Below are positions 18,272-27,464 of a stretch of 64,000 bases of DNA, in pieces (the first letter of the stretch is position 1; each line of letters starts with the position of its first letter). A model generated the notes under the pieces. That model saw only the letters and a list, made by a program, of their open reading frames with translations, was not told the origin of the DNA and searched no databases. Source of the stretch: a virus (taxonomy: Duplodnaviria; Caudoviricetes); the IMG/VR virus record IMGVR_UViG_3300028809_000012, positions 942 through 64,941 of that record; one strand, given 5' to 3'. A program made the translations under genes and the position numbers.

Positions 18272-18595
18272 ATGAGCGAGACGACAACGGAGGAGCGGGT
18301 GCAGGACAAAGCGGTGGAATGGTTCGAGGGGATGTCCGCGCTGGATCGCGAGGAAGCCGGCAAACTCCCGGCCTCCTCGATGCGCGGGATGCTGGAGCTC
18401 TCTGCCACCCGCTACCGCCGCGCCGCCGCCGCCCTACGCGAACAGCCGGACCTGCGGGCGCTGGTGGAGGAGCTGGCGGCGCTGCCCACGGTGGGCGAGT
18501 GGCTGGAGACCGACGACCGCGACGTTGACAGCGATGAGTTAGGCGCCCGCCTCGACGCGCTGATCCTCCGCGCCCGCACCCTGACCGGAGACTGA
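18272..18595 (+). CDS. Hypothetical protein, MSETTTEER family
   Basis: MSETTTEERVQ...ALVEELAALPT...LDALILRARTL. Confidence 0.6.
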   Translation: MSETTTEERVQDKAVEWFEGMSALDREEAGKLPASSMRGMLELSATRYRRAAAALREQPDLRALVEELAALPTVGEWLETDDRDVDSDELGARLDALILRARTLTGD

Positions 18596-18597
18596 CG

Positions 18598-18846
18598 ATG
18601 AGCGAGATCGATACGAAGGAGTGCGGCGTGCCCGAGTGGACCCGCTTCCTCACGGTAGATGCAGACGGCACCGTGTGGGCGTGGGATCACCTGCCGGAGT
18701 GCTGGGATGGGACCTGGCTGCCCACCTCTCTCGAACGGTCGCGTCACGGACGGATCAACCCGACGGACGACGTGGCCCGCCTCTTGGCTGGGCAGCCCGA
18801 GTGCGCGCTGCCATGGCCCATCACCACGGAGGCCGATCATGGCTGA
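18598..18846 (+). CDS. Hypothetical phage protein
   Basis: PEWTRFLTVDADGTVWAWDHLP motif seen in small phage proteins; coordinates from ORF track. Confidence 0.5.
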   Translation: MSEIDTKECGVPEWTRFLTVDADGTVWAWDHLPECWDGTWLPTSLERSRHGRINPTDDVARLLAGQPECALPWPITTEADHG

Positions 18847-19171
18847 CTGGCTGGAGACGCTGAAGGAGGGCGACGAGGTGGTCGTCTCCGGGCCGTGGTC
18901 GGGGCTGTCGCTGGAGCGCATCACGCGGGCGTCAGCGACCCAGGTCGCCGTGGGCGCGACGAAGTTTCGGCGTTCAGATGGCCGGCAGGTCGGCGGCAAG
19001 GGGTATCGCTTCCCCACCATCAAGGAGCCCACGCCGGAGTTGCGTCAGAAGATCGCCCACGACCGGGTCGCGTCCAAGCTCGCCGGGATGCGCCCTGAAT
19101 CGTGGCGCGCCCTCCCCCTGGAGACGCTGGAAGCGATCGCCGCCCTCATCGACGGAGCCGCCCATGGCTGA
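18839..19171 (+). CDS. Hypothetical beta-barrel phage protein
   Basis: WLETLKEGDEVVV...ITRASATQV..G..KFRRSDG; GGAGG RBS. Confidence 0.55.
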   Translation: MADWLETLKEGDEVVVSGPWSGLSLERITRASATQVAVGATKFRRSDGRQVGGKGYRFPTIKEPTPELRQKIAHDRVASKLAGMRPESWRALPLETLEAIAALIDGAAHG

Positions 19172-19562
19172 GAACGAGACGAAGGAGCGCAACGGCCTGC
19201 TGCATCATCGGGCGGTAGCCGCGTACCTGAAGAAGCACCACGGCGCCGTCTACGAAGAGGCGCTTGCGCACGTGGTGGACGAGTACGTGGGGGTCGTGGA
19301 GCCCACGACGGAGTACGCGCGGGAGCTGGCAACGCTCCACGGCACCCCCTCCCACCCGGACGGCGGGGTGCACACGCGCGCCAGCGAGGAGGACGCAGAG
19401 GCGATGGAGCCGTGCCCGTTCTGCGGCGGGACGGACGTCGAGGCCGACTACGCCTCATCGAGCATCGACTCCGGCGAGAGCATACAGTACCAAAGCGGAT
19501 GCTGGGATTGCGATGCAGTCGGCCCGCCGGGAGACTCGCTGCAAGAGTCGCGTGAGCGATGA
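19164..19562 (+). CDS. Lar-like Zn-finger protein
   Basis: PCPFCGG...CWDCDAVGP, similar to the module in 9615 gene. Confidence 0.5.
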   Translation: MAENETKERNGLLHHRAVAAYLKKHHGAVYEEALAHVVDEYVGVVEPTTEYARELATLHGTPSHPDGGVHTRASEEDAEAMEPCPFCGGTDVEADYASSSIDSGESIQYQSGCWDCDAVGPPGDSLQESRER

Positions 19563-19598
19563 CGCTCGCCGCACCCCCAACCCCGATGGAGGCCGCTG

Positions 19599-20039
19599 AT
19601 GCCCACGGACGAGACGGTGAGAGAGGACACGCCCGCCACGGAGCCGCGGAAGTGGTGGGGGGACGGCAGCCCGTGGTGGTACGACGTGCTGGGCACCGGC
19701 GGCATGTACAAGGCGGTGCGCGCGCTGGTGCGCCGGATGGTGGACGAGGCTCGCAATCCCGACGAGACGGAAGAGTTCCCGCACCACACGTGGGCGCAGG
19801 CGCTGTGCATCGAAGTGCTGTCTTGCCTGCCCACCCCAGCCGCCCCCGTGGGGAGCGAGGCTGCACACAGCACGATCCGGCGCGCGCACGTCATGCTGGA
19901 CCGTGCCAAATCGGAGCACGGGTTACGTCGCGCCACGAAAGGCGAGCGCGAAGACCTGCTCTCCGACTACACCTTGCCGGACGGCTCCGGCTTCACGTGC
20001 GTCTCGCCCGCCCCCTCCGGTGCACAGCAGGGACGGTGA
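19599..20039 (+). CDS. Hypothetical protein
   Basis: GGAGG RBS, operon context. Confidence 0.5.
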   Translation: MPTDETVREDTPATEPRKWWGDGSPWWYDVLGTGGMYKAVRALVRRMVDEARNPDETEEFPHHTWAQALCIEVLSCLPTPAAPVGSEAAHSTIRRAHVMLDRAKSEHGLRRATKGEREDLLSDYTLPDGSGFTCVSPAPSGAQQGR

Positions 20040-20207
20040 ACCAGGGTCCAAGCCTTCCGCTTCGTCCGTGGATTGTACATCACGAGGACGCGGAAGGCGT
20101 GTCCCATGTGGATGTGGTGTGGCATTACAGCGGCAGTCTGGCGGTAGAGACTCTGGCGCCGTACGTACTGTTGGATGTACGCGAATTTCCACCTGAGATG
20201 ATGGAGG

Positions 20208-20567
20208 ATGAAGATGAGCGACGAGTGGATCATGGTGGCGGTGATGCTGGGTTCGATGCTGGCGGCTACGTTGTCGGTGGAGTGGGCGCGTCGCGAGAAC
20301 CAGCGCCGGAACAAGATCGTGAGCGAGCTGTTGCAGTCGGCAGAGAAAAGGGAGCGGGAGTTGTGGGCCTTGTGGCGCGACCTGTCGCGGGCCGAGAAGG
20401 AGGCGAGCGCCACTACGTTGGAGAAAGTGATGCGCATGCAGCGGGAGGGCTTCATCGCCATGCCAGAAGCGGAGCCGGCAGTGGTTCACGAGGGCGAGGA
20501 GCAGGAAGGCGAATGGTACGCGCCGGAGCCCATCAATTGGCGGACGCCTCCTCCCGACTCTGCGTAG
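20208..20567 (+). CDS. Membrane-anchored coiled-coil protein
   Basis: N-terminal TM helix then heptad region. Confidence 0.5.
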   Translation: MKMSDEWIMVAVMLGSMLAATLSVEWARRENQRRNKIVSELLQSAEKRERELWALWRDLSRAEKEASATTLEKVMRMQREGFIAMPEAEPAVVHEGEEQEGEWYAPEPINWRTPPPDSA

Positions 20568-20802
20568 TCACCGTGGAGGACGTGGCGAACGTACCGGAGA
20601 AGCAGAGGCGCCGACACGCGGTGGAGATGGTGCTGTCGGATCTGGAGGCGCAGGGCTGCGTGCTGCTGACGACGGGTGCGTTGCGGCTGCTGGCACCGCT
20701 GCTGGGTGAGGTGCACGAGCGTGTTCCGCTGAAGGAGCCGGTGCAGGTGAGAGGAAGGAGCCTGTTTGTCATTCACCCGCAGTAGCCGAAGGAGAAAGCA
20801 GC

Positions 20803-21063
20803 ATGATGGAGAACCTGATCGTCATCTGTGTGTCAGTGATCGTGGGCGCGTTCGCTGGACTGTTTGCCTTGGCGATCCTGGGTGAGTTAAGACCCGACCG
20901 CAAGGCGGCGCGCGCCGCGATAATCCGTGAAGCGTTATTGGAGAGAGCGCGTCGCAATGGCCATGGTTTGACCGTGCTGGAGAGGGAAGTTGACCGATTC
21001 GCAGGGCAGGGGCAGACGGGCCCTCCATCCATCCGCGGCCAATCGTCGCGTGCCGCCCCATGA
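20803..21063 (+). CDS. Small membrane protein
   Basis: AAGGAG RBS; N-terminal TM. Confidence 0.5.
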   Translation: MMENLIVICVSVIVGAFAGLFALAILGELRPDRKAARAAIIREALLERARRNGHGLTVLEREVDRFAGQGQTGPPSIRGQSSRAAP

Positions 21064-21106
21064 AGACGAGCCCAGGTCCATGAACTAGCGACGCGTCGTA
21101 ACGTGG

Positions 21107-21183
21107 CCCTTGACTTCTCATATAGCCCAAGTTAACTTAGGTACAGTGAAGTTAACCAACCCACAGCACGGGGCAGGCGGAGC
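21107..21183 (+). promoter_or_regulatory. Diverged third copy of the promoter cassette (TTGACT..TAACTT)
   Basis: cccttgacttc...cttaggtacagtgaagttaaccaacccac..gggcag.cggag matches the 108-bp repeat core. Confidence 0.75.
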
Positions 21184-21594
21184 ATGAGCACGACGACGGC
21201 GAGGAAGGCGGGCATCTGCTGCAACTGCAACGAGCCGTTCGCGGCGGGCGACCCGATCCGCTTCACCCGCGAGACGCGAACCGTGCACCTGGATGCGAAC
21301 TCGTGGTCGCGCGCGTGGAACAAGCCGCGGCACGCTCACGCCTGCCATAACGCCGCCATGGTGGCCGCATACCTCGCGAGCGTCGAGGAGCGCCGCGAGA
21401 GCCTGCGCCAGCAGGCGGCGTTCATGAGGGAGACCATCGGGGCCGACGCGTTCGAGGCCCGCCGGAGTCGGTTCGAGGAGTACCAGAGGCCGAAGTTCGA
21501 GGCGCTGGACGCCGAGGAGGCCCACATCCGCGAGCACGGCCATCCGTACCCCGAGGAGGTGGCCGCCAAGGCCGCCGCGCGCCTTTCAGCCTGA
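21184..21594 (+). CDS. Hypothetical Zn-binding protein
   Basis: CCNC...HACH; follows cassette RBS. Confidence 0.55.
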   Translation: MSTTTARKAGICCNCNEPFAAGDPIRFTRETRTVHLDANSWSRAWNKPRHAHACHNAAMVAAYLASVEERRESLRQQAAFMRETIGADAFEARRSRFEEYQRPKFEALDAEEAHIREHGHPYPEEVAAKAAARLSA

Positions 21595-21631
21595 CACCTT
21601 CCCCTCCACCCTTACACTGGCAGGCGACGAG

Positions 21632-21967
21632 ATGAGCGAGACGACCACGCTGCGGTTCGAGGGAGCGAGCGACGACACGTTCGGCTGGCAGCAGGACGAA
21701 TACGACAACTGCGCCAGCGGGCGACCGATCGTGTGGGAGGTGAGGACGCCGGACGGAGCGGGGCTGCACGTCTGGGGGATCTACGGGGCCGACGCGCCGG
21801 TGCGCATCGCATGCTGGACGGTGGGAGTGCAGCAGCTGAACGAGGACGTTCCGATGCCGGACTGGCCCGTCCGTCTCGAAACCGCGACGAACGGATACTC
21901 ACCCGTGCTGGTGATCGAGGTCCCGTCCGAGGACGTGGCCGTGCGGTGTCTCAATGCCAACGCCTGA
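21632..21967 (+). CDS. Hypothetical phage protein
   Basis: MSETTT start module; FEGASDD motif. Confidence 0.6.
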   Translation: MSETTTLRFEGASDDTFGWQQDEYDNCASGRPIVWEVRTPDGAGLHVWGIYGADAPVRIACWTVGVQQLNEDVPMPDWPVRLETATNGYSPVLVIEVPSEDVAVRCLNANA

Positions 21968-21983
21968 CGCACAGGGCATGACG

Positions 21984-22262
21984 ATGAGCGAGACGACGAC
22001 GACGGAGGAGCGGGCGCCGAAGCCCCTGACCGCACTTCAGCAGACGGTCGTGGATCTGTTTGAGTGCTGCCCGGATGGGTGGGTCGAGGACCGCGACGGG
22101 CGGTGGTGGTTCAAGCACGGGCCGGCCGGGTCGTACGTGCGCGTGGACGGGCGGGCGGTCTACACACTTCAGCAGCGAGGCGTGCTGGCGAGTAGACCCC
22201 ATTCATCGCGTCCGGGGGCAGCCCTCTGGCGGTTGAACCCCTCGCGGGTGCCCTCTCGATGA
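21984..22262 (+). CDS. Hypothetical protein, MSETTTTEER start
   Basis: Shared 5' module. Confidence 0.5.
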   Translation: MSETTTTEERAPKPLTALQQTVVDLFECCPDGWVEDRDGRWWFKHGPAGSYVRVDGRAVYTLQQRGVLASRPHSSRPGAALWRLNPSRVPSR

Positions 22263-22591
22263 GCGCCGCGGCGGCGGGGCAGGAGCCTATCGCATGGATG
22301 GTAGAGATCCTGTGGAATGGCGAACCCTCCAGCGAGCGCGCACACCTCTACCGGAGAGGGCCGGAGGCGGACCGCATTATCGAACAGTACCGGACGTGGG
22401 ACGGGGATCTGACCGCCCGCATCACCCCGCTCGTCGCCGCCGATCCGCAGCGGGACCACGACCTCACGTCGCTGGTGGCGGAGCTGGCGGCGCTGCCCAC
22501 GCTCGGGGAGTGGCAGGCCGCGCCGGGCGGGGACATCAACTCGCGCCTCGACGCCCTGATCCTCCGCGCCCGCACCCTGATGGGAAAGTAA
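22259..22591 (+). CDS. Hypothetical protein with LAALPT...LDALILRARTL C-terminal module
   Basis: Shared 3' module. Confidence 0.55.
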   Translation: MSAAAAGQEPIAWMVEILWNGEPSSERAHLYRRGPEADRIIEQYRTWDGDLTARITPLVAADPQRDHDLTSLVAELAALPTLGEWQAAPGGDINSRLDALILRARTLMGK

Positions 22592-22702
22592 ACCAGAAGG
22601 GCTGGGCTTCTGGTCTACCCCAAAATCAACACACACACTACGCTCTCCGGGTAGCGAGGCGACCGCCAGCCGCGGCGCCGTCCACCCGGAGAGCGTCCTT
22701 CC

Positions 22703-25000
22703 TTGCACGAGCACAACGACCTCACCACGCCCGTAGGCGACCACGGCCCGGCGCCGTACCCCACCGTGCTGCCCGGCACGCGTGACTGGAACGACAATGC
22801 CCGCCGCTCCTACGCCGCGTACCTGACCGCGTTGTGGGACGAGCAGACGCAGTACCTCCGCCCGCTCCATCTCGCGTGGCAGCAAAACCTGCTGTTCCTG
22901 GTGGGGCAGCACTGGCACCGGCTGGGACGGGACGGCTTCCGGGTAGACCGCACCGATCCGCTCTGGAAGCTGAAGCCCACCTACAATCTCTGCCTCCCCT
23001 TCTACAACACGTATCTGGCCAAGGTCACGAAGACGCGCCCAGCCACGCAGGTGGTGCCGGCGTCGTCCGACCCCAAGGACATGAAGGCGGCGCAGCTCGG
23101 GGATGACCTGATTGAAGCCAAGTGGACGGAGCTGAAGGCGGCTCGCCGCTACCGCCATTTCTGCGGCTGGACGATCCTCACGGGCAACGGCTACGCGCTC
23201 CCCTTCTGGAACCCCCGCGCCGGCCGCATCAAGCGGCTGGAGGCGGAGATGGAGTGCCCGGTCTACGAGGCGGACGGGGTCACGCCGCTGCTGGTGGAGA
23301 GCGAGGACGAGCCGGGGATGCTGGTCCCGGCCACCGAGATCCTGACGGTGCCCTACGACGCGGAGGGCGAACCCATGCTGGGCGAGGATGGGCGTCCGCG
23401 TCCGGGGGCCAAGGCGCACGTGGTGGAGGAGGGCGAGGTGGACTTCCGCGTCTACTCGCCGTTCCAGGTGCGCGTCAACCCGGAAGCTACCTGCGACGAG
23501 GACGTGACGTGGTTCATCGTCACGGAGCCCATGAGTCTGCGCGAGATCGCGAAGCGCTGGCCGGAGGCGGCGGCCAAGGTGCAGGCGGAAGACCTGTCCA
23601 CGGTCATGGGGATTCTCTCCACCCTCAGCGGCATGCTGGACGGGCGACTGAGCGACGGCAGCGAGTTCGGCGTCTCGCCGCGGGACGAGCGGCAGAAGAG
23701 CCTGCCACGGGCGCTGGTGAAGTTCTACTACGAGAAGCAGTGCGCCGACTTCCCGGAGGGGCGTCACTGGGTGAGCGTGGGCGACGTGCTGCTGGAGGAG
23801 CCGCAAGATCTGCCGGACGGCCTGTTCCGCCTGATCCACACGCAGGACATCATCGTGCCCGGCCGCTACCACGGCATGAGCAAGCTGGAGGCGGCGGTCG
23901 CGATCAACCGGGAATACAACGAGCTGTCCGCCCGCATCGCGGAGCACCATCGACTGTTCGCCAACGGCAAGTACGCGGTGCCCAATCAGGCGGGGATCAA
24001 GAAGGGCACCTTCACCACGGAGCCGGGCGAGGTGGTGCGGTACACCTACCCGTACAAGCCGGAGCCCATGCCGGTACCGGCGCTCCCCGCGTCCGTGTAT
24101 CAGGAGCGGGAACGCCTGCTGGTAGACTTCGAGCGGGTGACGGGGATGCGGGCGGTGTCGCAGGGCGGGACCACGGGCGGGGTGACGGCTGGCATTGCCA
24201 TCATGCAGCTTCAGGAGGCAGACGACGCGGACCTTGGTCCCTTCCTCGCCTCCGCGGAGGAAGCGGTGGCGGACCTTGCCGGTGCGTGGCTCATCCTCAT
24301 CAAGAACAACTACACGGACGAGCGGCTGTACTACGCCGCGGGGCCGGATCGCCGCTACATGGTGCAGAGCTTCCGCGCCTCCGACCTGGAGGGCGCGGTG
24401 GACGTCATCCCGCAGGCGGGGAGCAGCCGGCCGGGGAGCGAGGTTGCGCGGCAGGCGGTTATCATGGATCTGGCGCAGCGCTTCCCCGTCCTGTTCAACG
24501 ACCCGGAGACGGGGCGGCCCGACCCGGCCCGCTTTGCCCGTGCGCTCCAGCTCGGCGGGCTGGAGGCGGCGTACGAGTCGGAGGACGGCGACGTGGCCGA
24601 GGCCATGCGCATCGAGGAGCAGATCAGCCTGCTCGGCGGCATGGACGGGATGGACGACCCCACGGAGCTGGTTATCCCGCAGCCGTGGCAGAACCTCGCC
24701 GTGCACTACCGCCAGCATCGACGTACGCTGGCCGGCGCTGAGTGGAAGGAGTGGCCGGAGGAAGCGCAGATGGTGTTGCAGCAGCGCTTCCTTGCGGTCA
24801 AGGCTGCCATCGACCAGCAGCGCATGCAGGAGGCCATGATGCTGGCCGGAGGCGCGCCCGGTGGCATGCCGCAGGAGGGCGAGGGCGCGCAGGGTGGCCC
24901 GATGTCCGGCATGGGTGCCGCGCTGGACCCGTTGGGGGCCGAGGCGGACATGCTGGAGCAGGGGCTTGAAGATGCTGCGGGAGGCGGGCTGTTGAACTGA
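22703..25000 (+). CDS. Portal protein (P22-like)
   Basis: 765 aa upstream of scaffold/capsid; GQHW, YN...KVTKTRP, VYSPFQVRVNP, Q-rich/acidic tail; start uncertain. Confidence 0.8.
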   Translation: MHEHNDLTTPVGDHGPAPYPTVLPGTRDWNDNARRSYAAYLTALWDEQTQYLRPLHLAWQQNLLFLVGQHWHRLGRDGFRVDRTDPLWKLKPTYNLCLPFYNTYLAKVTKTRPATQVVPASSDPKDMKAAQLGDDLIEAKWTELKAARRYRHFCGWTILTGNGYALPFWNPRAGRIKRLEAEMECPVYEADGVTPLLVESEDEPGMLVPATEILTVPYDAEGEPMLGEDGRPRPGAKAHVVEEGEVDFRVYSPFQVRVNPEATCDEDVTWFIVTEPMSLREIAKRWPEAAAKVQAEDLSTVMGILSTLSGMLDGRLSDGSEFGVSPRDERQKSLPRALVKFYYEKQCADFPEGRHWVSVGDVLLEEPQDLPDGLFRLIHTQDIIVPGRYHGMSKLEAAVAINREYNELSARIAEHHRLFANGKYAVPNQAGIKKGTFTTEPGEVVRYTYPYKPEPMPVPALPASVYQERERLLVDFERVTGMRAVSQGGTTGGVTAGIAIMQLQEADDADLGPFLASAEEAVADLAGAWLILIKNNYTDERLYYAAGPDRRYMVQSFRASDLEGAVDVIPQAGSSRPGSEVARQAVIMDLAQRFPVLFNDPETGRPDPARFARALQLGGLEAAYESEDGDVAEAMRIEEQISLLGGMDGMDDPTELVIPQPWQNLAVHYRQHRRTLAGAEWKEWPEEAQMVLQQRFLAVKAAIDQQRMQEAMMLAGGAPGGMPQEGEGAQGGPMSGMGAALDPLGAEADMLEQGLEDAAGGGLLN

Positions 25001-25001
25001 G

Positions 25002-25043
25002 GAAGCGCAGGCCGCCTACATGGATGTAGGCGGCCTGCGCTTC
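25002..25043. terminator. Perfect hairpin, likely bidirectional terminator for portal and array B
   Basis: gaagcgcaggccgcctaca-tgga-tgtaggcggcctgcgcttc. Confidence 0.75.
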
Positions 25044-25055
25044 GTTCTTCGCAGT

Positions 25056-25487
25056 TGGGTGACTCCAACGCTACGGCTCGTTCAAGGACAGAAGGGTGGC
25101 TTCCCGGACACGGCTCGTTCTGGTCAATCAGGGTGAGTTAAGTGGCACGGCTCGTTAGAGGGCACCGGATTACTCGTTTGCGCTAGGCTCGCTAGTCTGC
25201 TACGGGTTACTCACAGCTCGCACGGCTCGCTCTAGTAGCGTCGGGTGTATCGTGAACCACGGCTTGCTAGTCGATGACGGGTGTCTCAAAAACGCTGGCT
25301 CGCTCTTTATCCAAAGGGTTACTCGTTCGCTGCGGCTCGTTCCTGCAATACGGGCGTCTCTGAAATTTCAACTCGCTTCGATACGACGGGTGGCTCCTAT
25401 ACTTCGGATCGTTCCCTTTTTTCGGTTTGCTTTGGATACGCCGACTCGCTGGGGTACCACGGGAGACTCGTGCCGTTACGGCTCGCT
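25056..25487 (-). ncRNA. TIGR-like array B (12 units)
   Basis: Edge repeats (plus strand cggctcg(c/t)t) at 25074, 25111, 25148, 25185, 25223, 25260, 25296, 25333, 25369, 25405, 25442, 25479 alternating with cgggtgact-like loop repeats; unique 9-11-nt spacers. Confidence 0.88.
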
Positions 25488-25548
25488 TCGACCTACGGAG
25501 ATGACCTTGGCATGGTGGCACACTTCGGTGAAGGTTGACTCCAGGGCC

Positions 25549-25848
25549 ATGACTGAATCCGACTACAACAACGACCTGCGTGTCCCTCGCTGGGTGCTTG
25601 CCTTCATCCTCCCGGCCATGGGTGTGTTCGTGGCCGTGGCGCGCACCGAGTATCGCACCAACGAGAACGAGGCGGATACTCAGCGCCTCCGTACCGACAT
25701 GGAACGCGCCCTGGATGCGCAGAACGCGCTGGACCGGAATTATGAGGCCCGCTTCTCCGACATGGAGCAGCAGATCCAGTGGCTCTGCGCCCAGCGCGCC
25801 CGCGACGACCAGGAGTCCGGCCGTCAGGGCGCGGGAACCTGTCCCTGA
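25549..25848 (+). CDS. Small TM plus coiled-coil protein (lysis/holin-like?) between arrays B and C
   Basis: MTESDY...WVLAFILPAMGVFVAVA...; GC3-rich codons; layout like 35516 gene. Confidence 0.6.
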   Translation: MTESDYNNDLRVPRWVLAFILPAMGVFVAVARTEYRTNENEADTQRLRTDMERALDAQNALDRNYEARFSDMEQQIQWLCAQRARDDQESGRQGAGTCP

Positions 25849-25856
25849 CGGCCATT

Positions 25857-26084
25857 GGTGACGCTGCATGCTTCCGGTGGCCTCAACTGCTTAGACTCGC
25901 TGCCCTTCGCTGGGTGAATTGGGGTCCTACGGCTCGCTCGCTGCCTTCGGGTGACTCACTAGAATACGGCTTGTTCTGCACTCGGGTGACTACCGTTACT
26001 CAACTCGCTTAGACCATACCGGGTTGCTCGTACGTCACGGCTTGCTCTTATATGATTCGGTTGTCTTTCCACTGTCGGCTCGAC
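25857..26084 (-). ncRNA. TIGR-like array C (about 6 units)
   Basis: Edge repeats at 25893, 25930, 25967, 26001, 26038, 26076 with alternating loop repeats. Confidence 0.85.
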
Positions 26085-26092
26085 AGTGGTTC

Positions 26093-26120
26093 AATCTAAT
26101 CCCTATATGCCGTAAGTCAA
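26093..26120 (-). promoter_or_regulatory. Array promoter TTGACT-N16-TAGATT
   Basis: Predicted start falls just before the first edge repeat of array C. Confidence 0.7.
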
Positions 26121-26130
26121 GAGCAAAGGG

Positions 26131-26145
26131 TATCGACCAAAAACA
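26131..26145. promoter_or_regulatory. Conserved motif TATCGACCAAAAACA, copy 1
   Basis: Also at 35440 and 44280, always intergenic. Confidence 0.7.
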
Positions 26146-26262
26146 GTTTGTCGTACATCCTCACCCACGAGGCATCCACAGTCACCAGTTTCCACCCCGT
26201 TCCCGCAGCACGGTCCACCTCTGGTCCCTGCGGCACAATCATCCGGCACAGAGGCACCACAG

Positions 26263-27396
26263 ATGAGCGACATGCAGGGCACGTCCATCCCCGACGACAT
26301 CTTCGACCGTCATTTCGGCGGCACCGAGGAAGCGGACACGGTGGGCGACGAGACGGGCATCATCCTGAACGACGACGCGGACCTGACCGTGGAAGGCGAC
26401 ACGGACGACCTGGAGGCGCCGGGCGACGGCCTGGGCGATCTGGAGTCCGACGCAGACGACGGCACCGGGGACGACGGCGCGCTGGGTGAGGAGGCGGACG
26501 AGAGCGAGGAGTCCGAAGGCGACCGCGACGACGCGAGCCATGAGGAGGACGACCCCTTCGACCGCAAGGAAATCGACGCCATCACCGACCCCAAGGCGCG
26601 GGCGGTGGCGGAGAAGGCGTACAAGAGTCTGGTGCGGGACTATACCCGCAAGACGCAGGAGGTGGCGGAACTGCGCAAGTCGGCGGAGCGCGAGGTGTCC
26701 ACTGCCCGCGCCTTCCAGACCGAGTACGAGCAGTTCATGGCCGACCTCGCCACGCCCGCGGGAGGAGAGCACTTCCTTCTGACGGTGGCCGACGCCAAGC
26801 CGGAGCTGTTCACCGAAACAGTGTTGGTGGATCTCGGTCTGCGCAACCCGGAGCTGCTGGCCGCCGCCTTGGACCGGGTGCAGGAGCTTTCCGACGATCC
26901 GCGGGCGCGCCGGGTGTTCGACGGCGAACGCTCCATCGCCATGCAGAACCATCGTGAGGGGCAGACGCGGGCCACGCAGCAGCGGGTATCCGAGCAGCGG
27001 GTTGCGGAGACAGTGCGCAGGCTGGTGCAGGACGAGGCGGGCAAGCTGGGCGTGCGCAAGGCGGAGTCCATCGAGATCGTGCAGGACTCGGTGGACAACT
27101 TCCTTCGCAGGGCCGCGGCTGCCGGGACGAAGGTGGTCGCGGCCGACGTGCGGGCGCATGCCGCCAAGGTGGCCAAGCGGCTGGCCGGGGAGCGCAGGGA
27201 CGCCGCCAAGGCCCAGCAGGCGGCGGACCGCAGGGCCCAGCAGGAACGGGTGCGCAGGACGGCGAAGATGGCCGGAGCCCGCCGCACCACACCGCCCAAC
27301 ACCGCGGCTCCGGGCGGGCGCAAGGCAGAGTGGGTGCGCCCGAAGCGCGAGAATGACGTGATCGACAGCATGGTCGATCGTTTCTTCGGAGACTGA
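26263..27396 (+). CDS. Capsid scaffolding protein
   Basis: Acidic N-terminus, DYTRKTQEVAE motif, directly upstream of capsid. Confidence 0.8.
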   Translation: MSDMQGTSIPDDIFDRHFGGTEEADTVGDETGIILNDDADLTVEGDTDDLEAPGDGLGDLESDADDGTGDDGALGEEADESEESEGDRDDASHEEDDPFDRKEIDAITDPKARAVAEKAYKSLVRDYTRKTQEVAELRKSAEREVSTARAFQTEYEQFMADLATPAGGEHFLLTVADAKPELFTETVLVDLGLRNPELLAAALDRVQELSDDPRARRVFDGERSIAMQNHREGQTRATQQRVSEQRVAETVRRLVQDEAGKLGVRKAESIEIVQDSVDNFLRRAAAAGTKVVAADVRAHAAKVAKRLAGERRDAAKAQQAADRRAQQERVRRTAKMAGARRTTPPNTAAPGGRKAEWVRPKRENDVIDSMVDRFFGD

Positions 27397-27464
27397 ATGC
27401 GGCGCCTTGGCATCCTGCCGGGGACGCCTGAACGCAAACGAACCAGAGCAGGAGTCACACGCCC

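Noticed and set aside
25252-25548. N-terminal extension of ORF 25252..25848 and other ORFs over the arrays (25281..25538, 25779..26012, 54652..55074)
   Set aside because: They translate the repeat arrays; composition is non-coding-like and the likely start is ATG 25549
25056-26084. CRISPR array
   Set aside because: Repeats are two alternating 9-nt motifs with ~9-nt spacers rather than 23-47-nt repeats with ~30-nt spacers; no cas genes in the window
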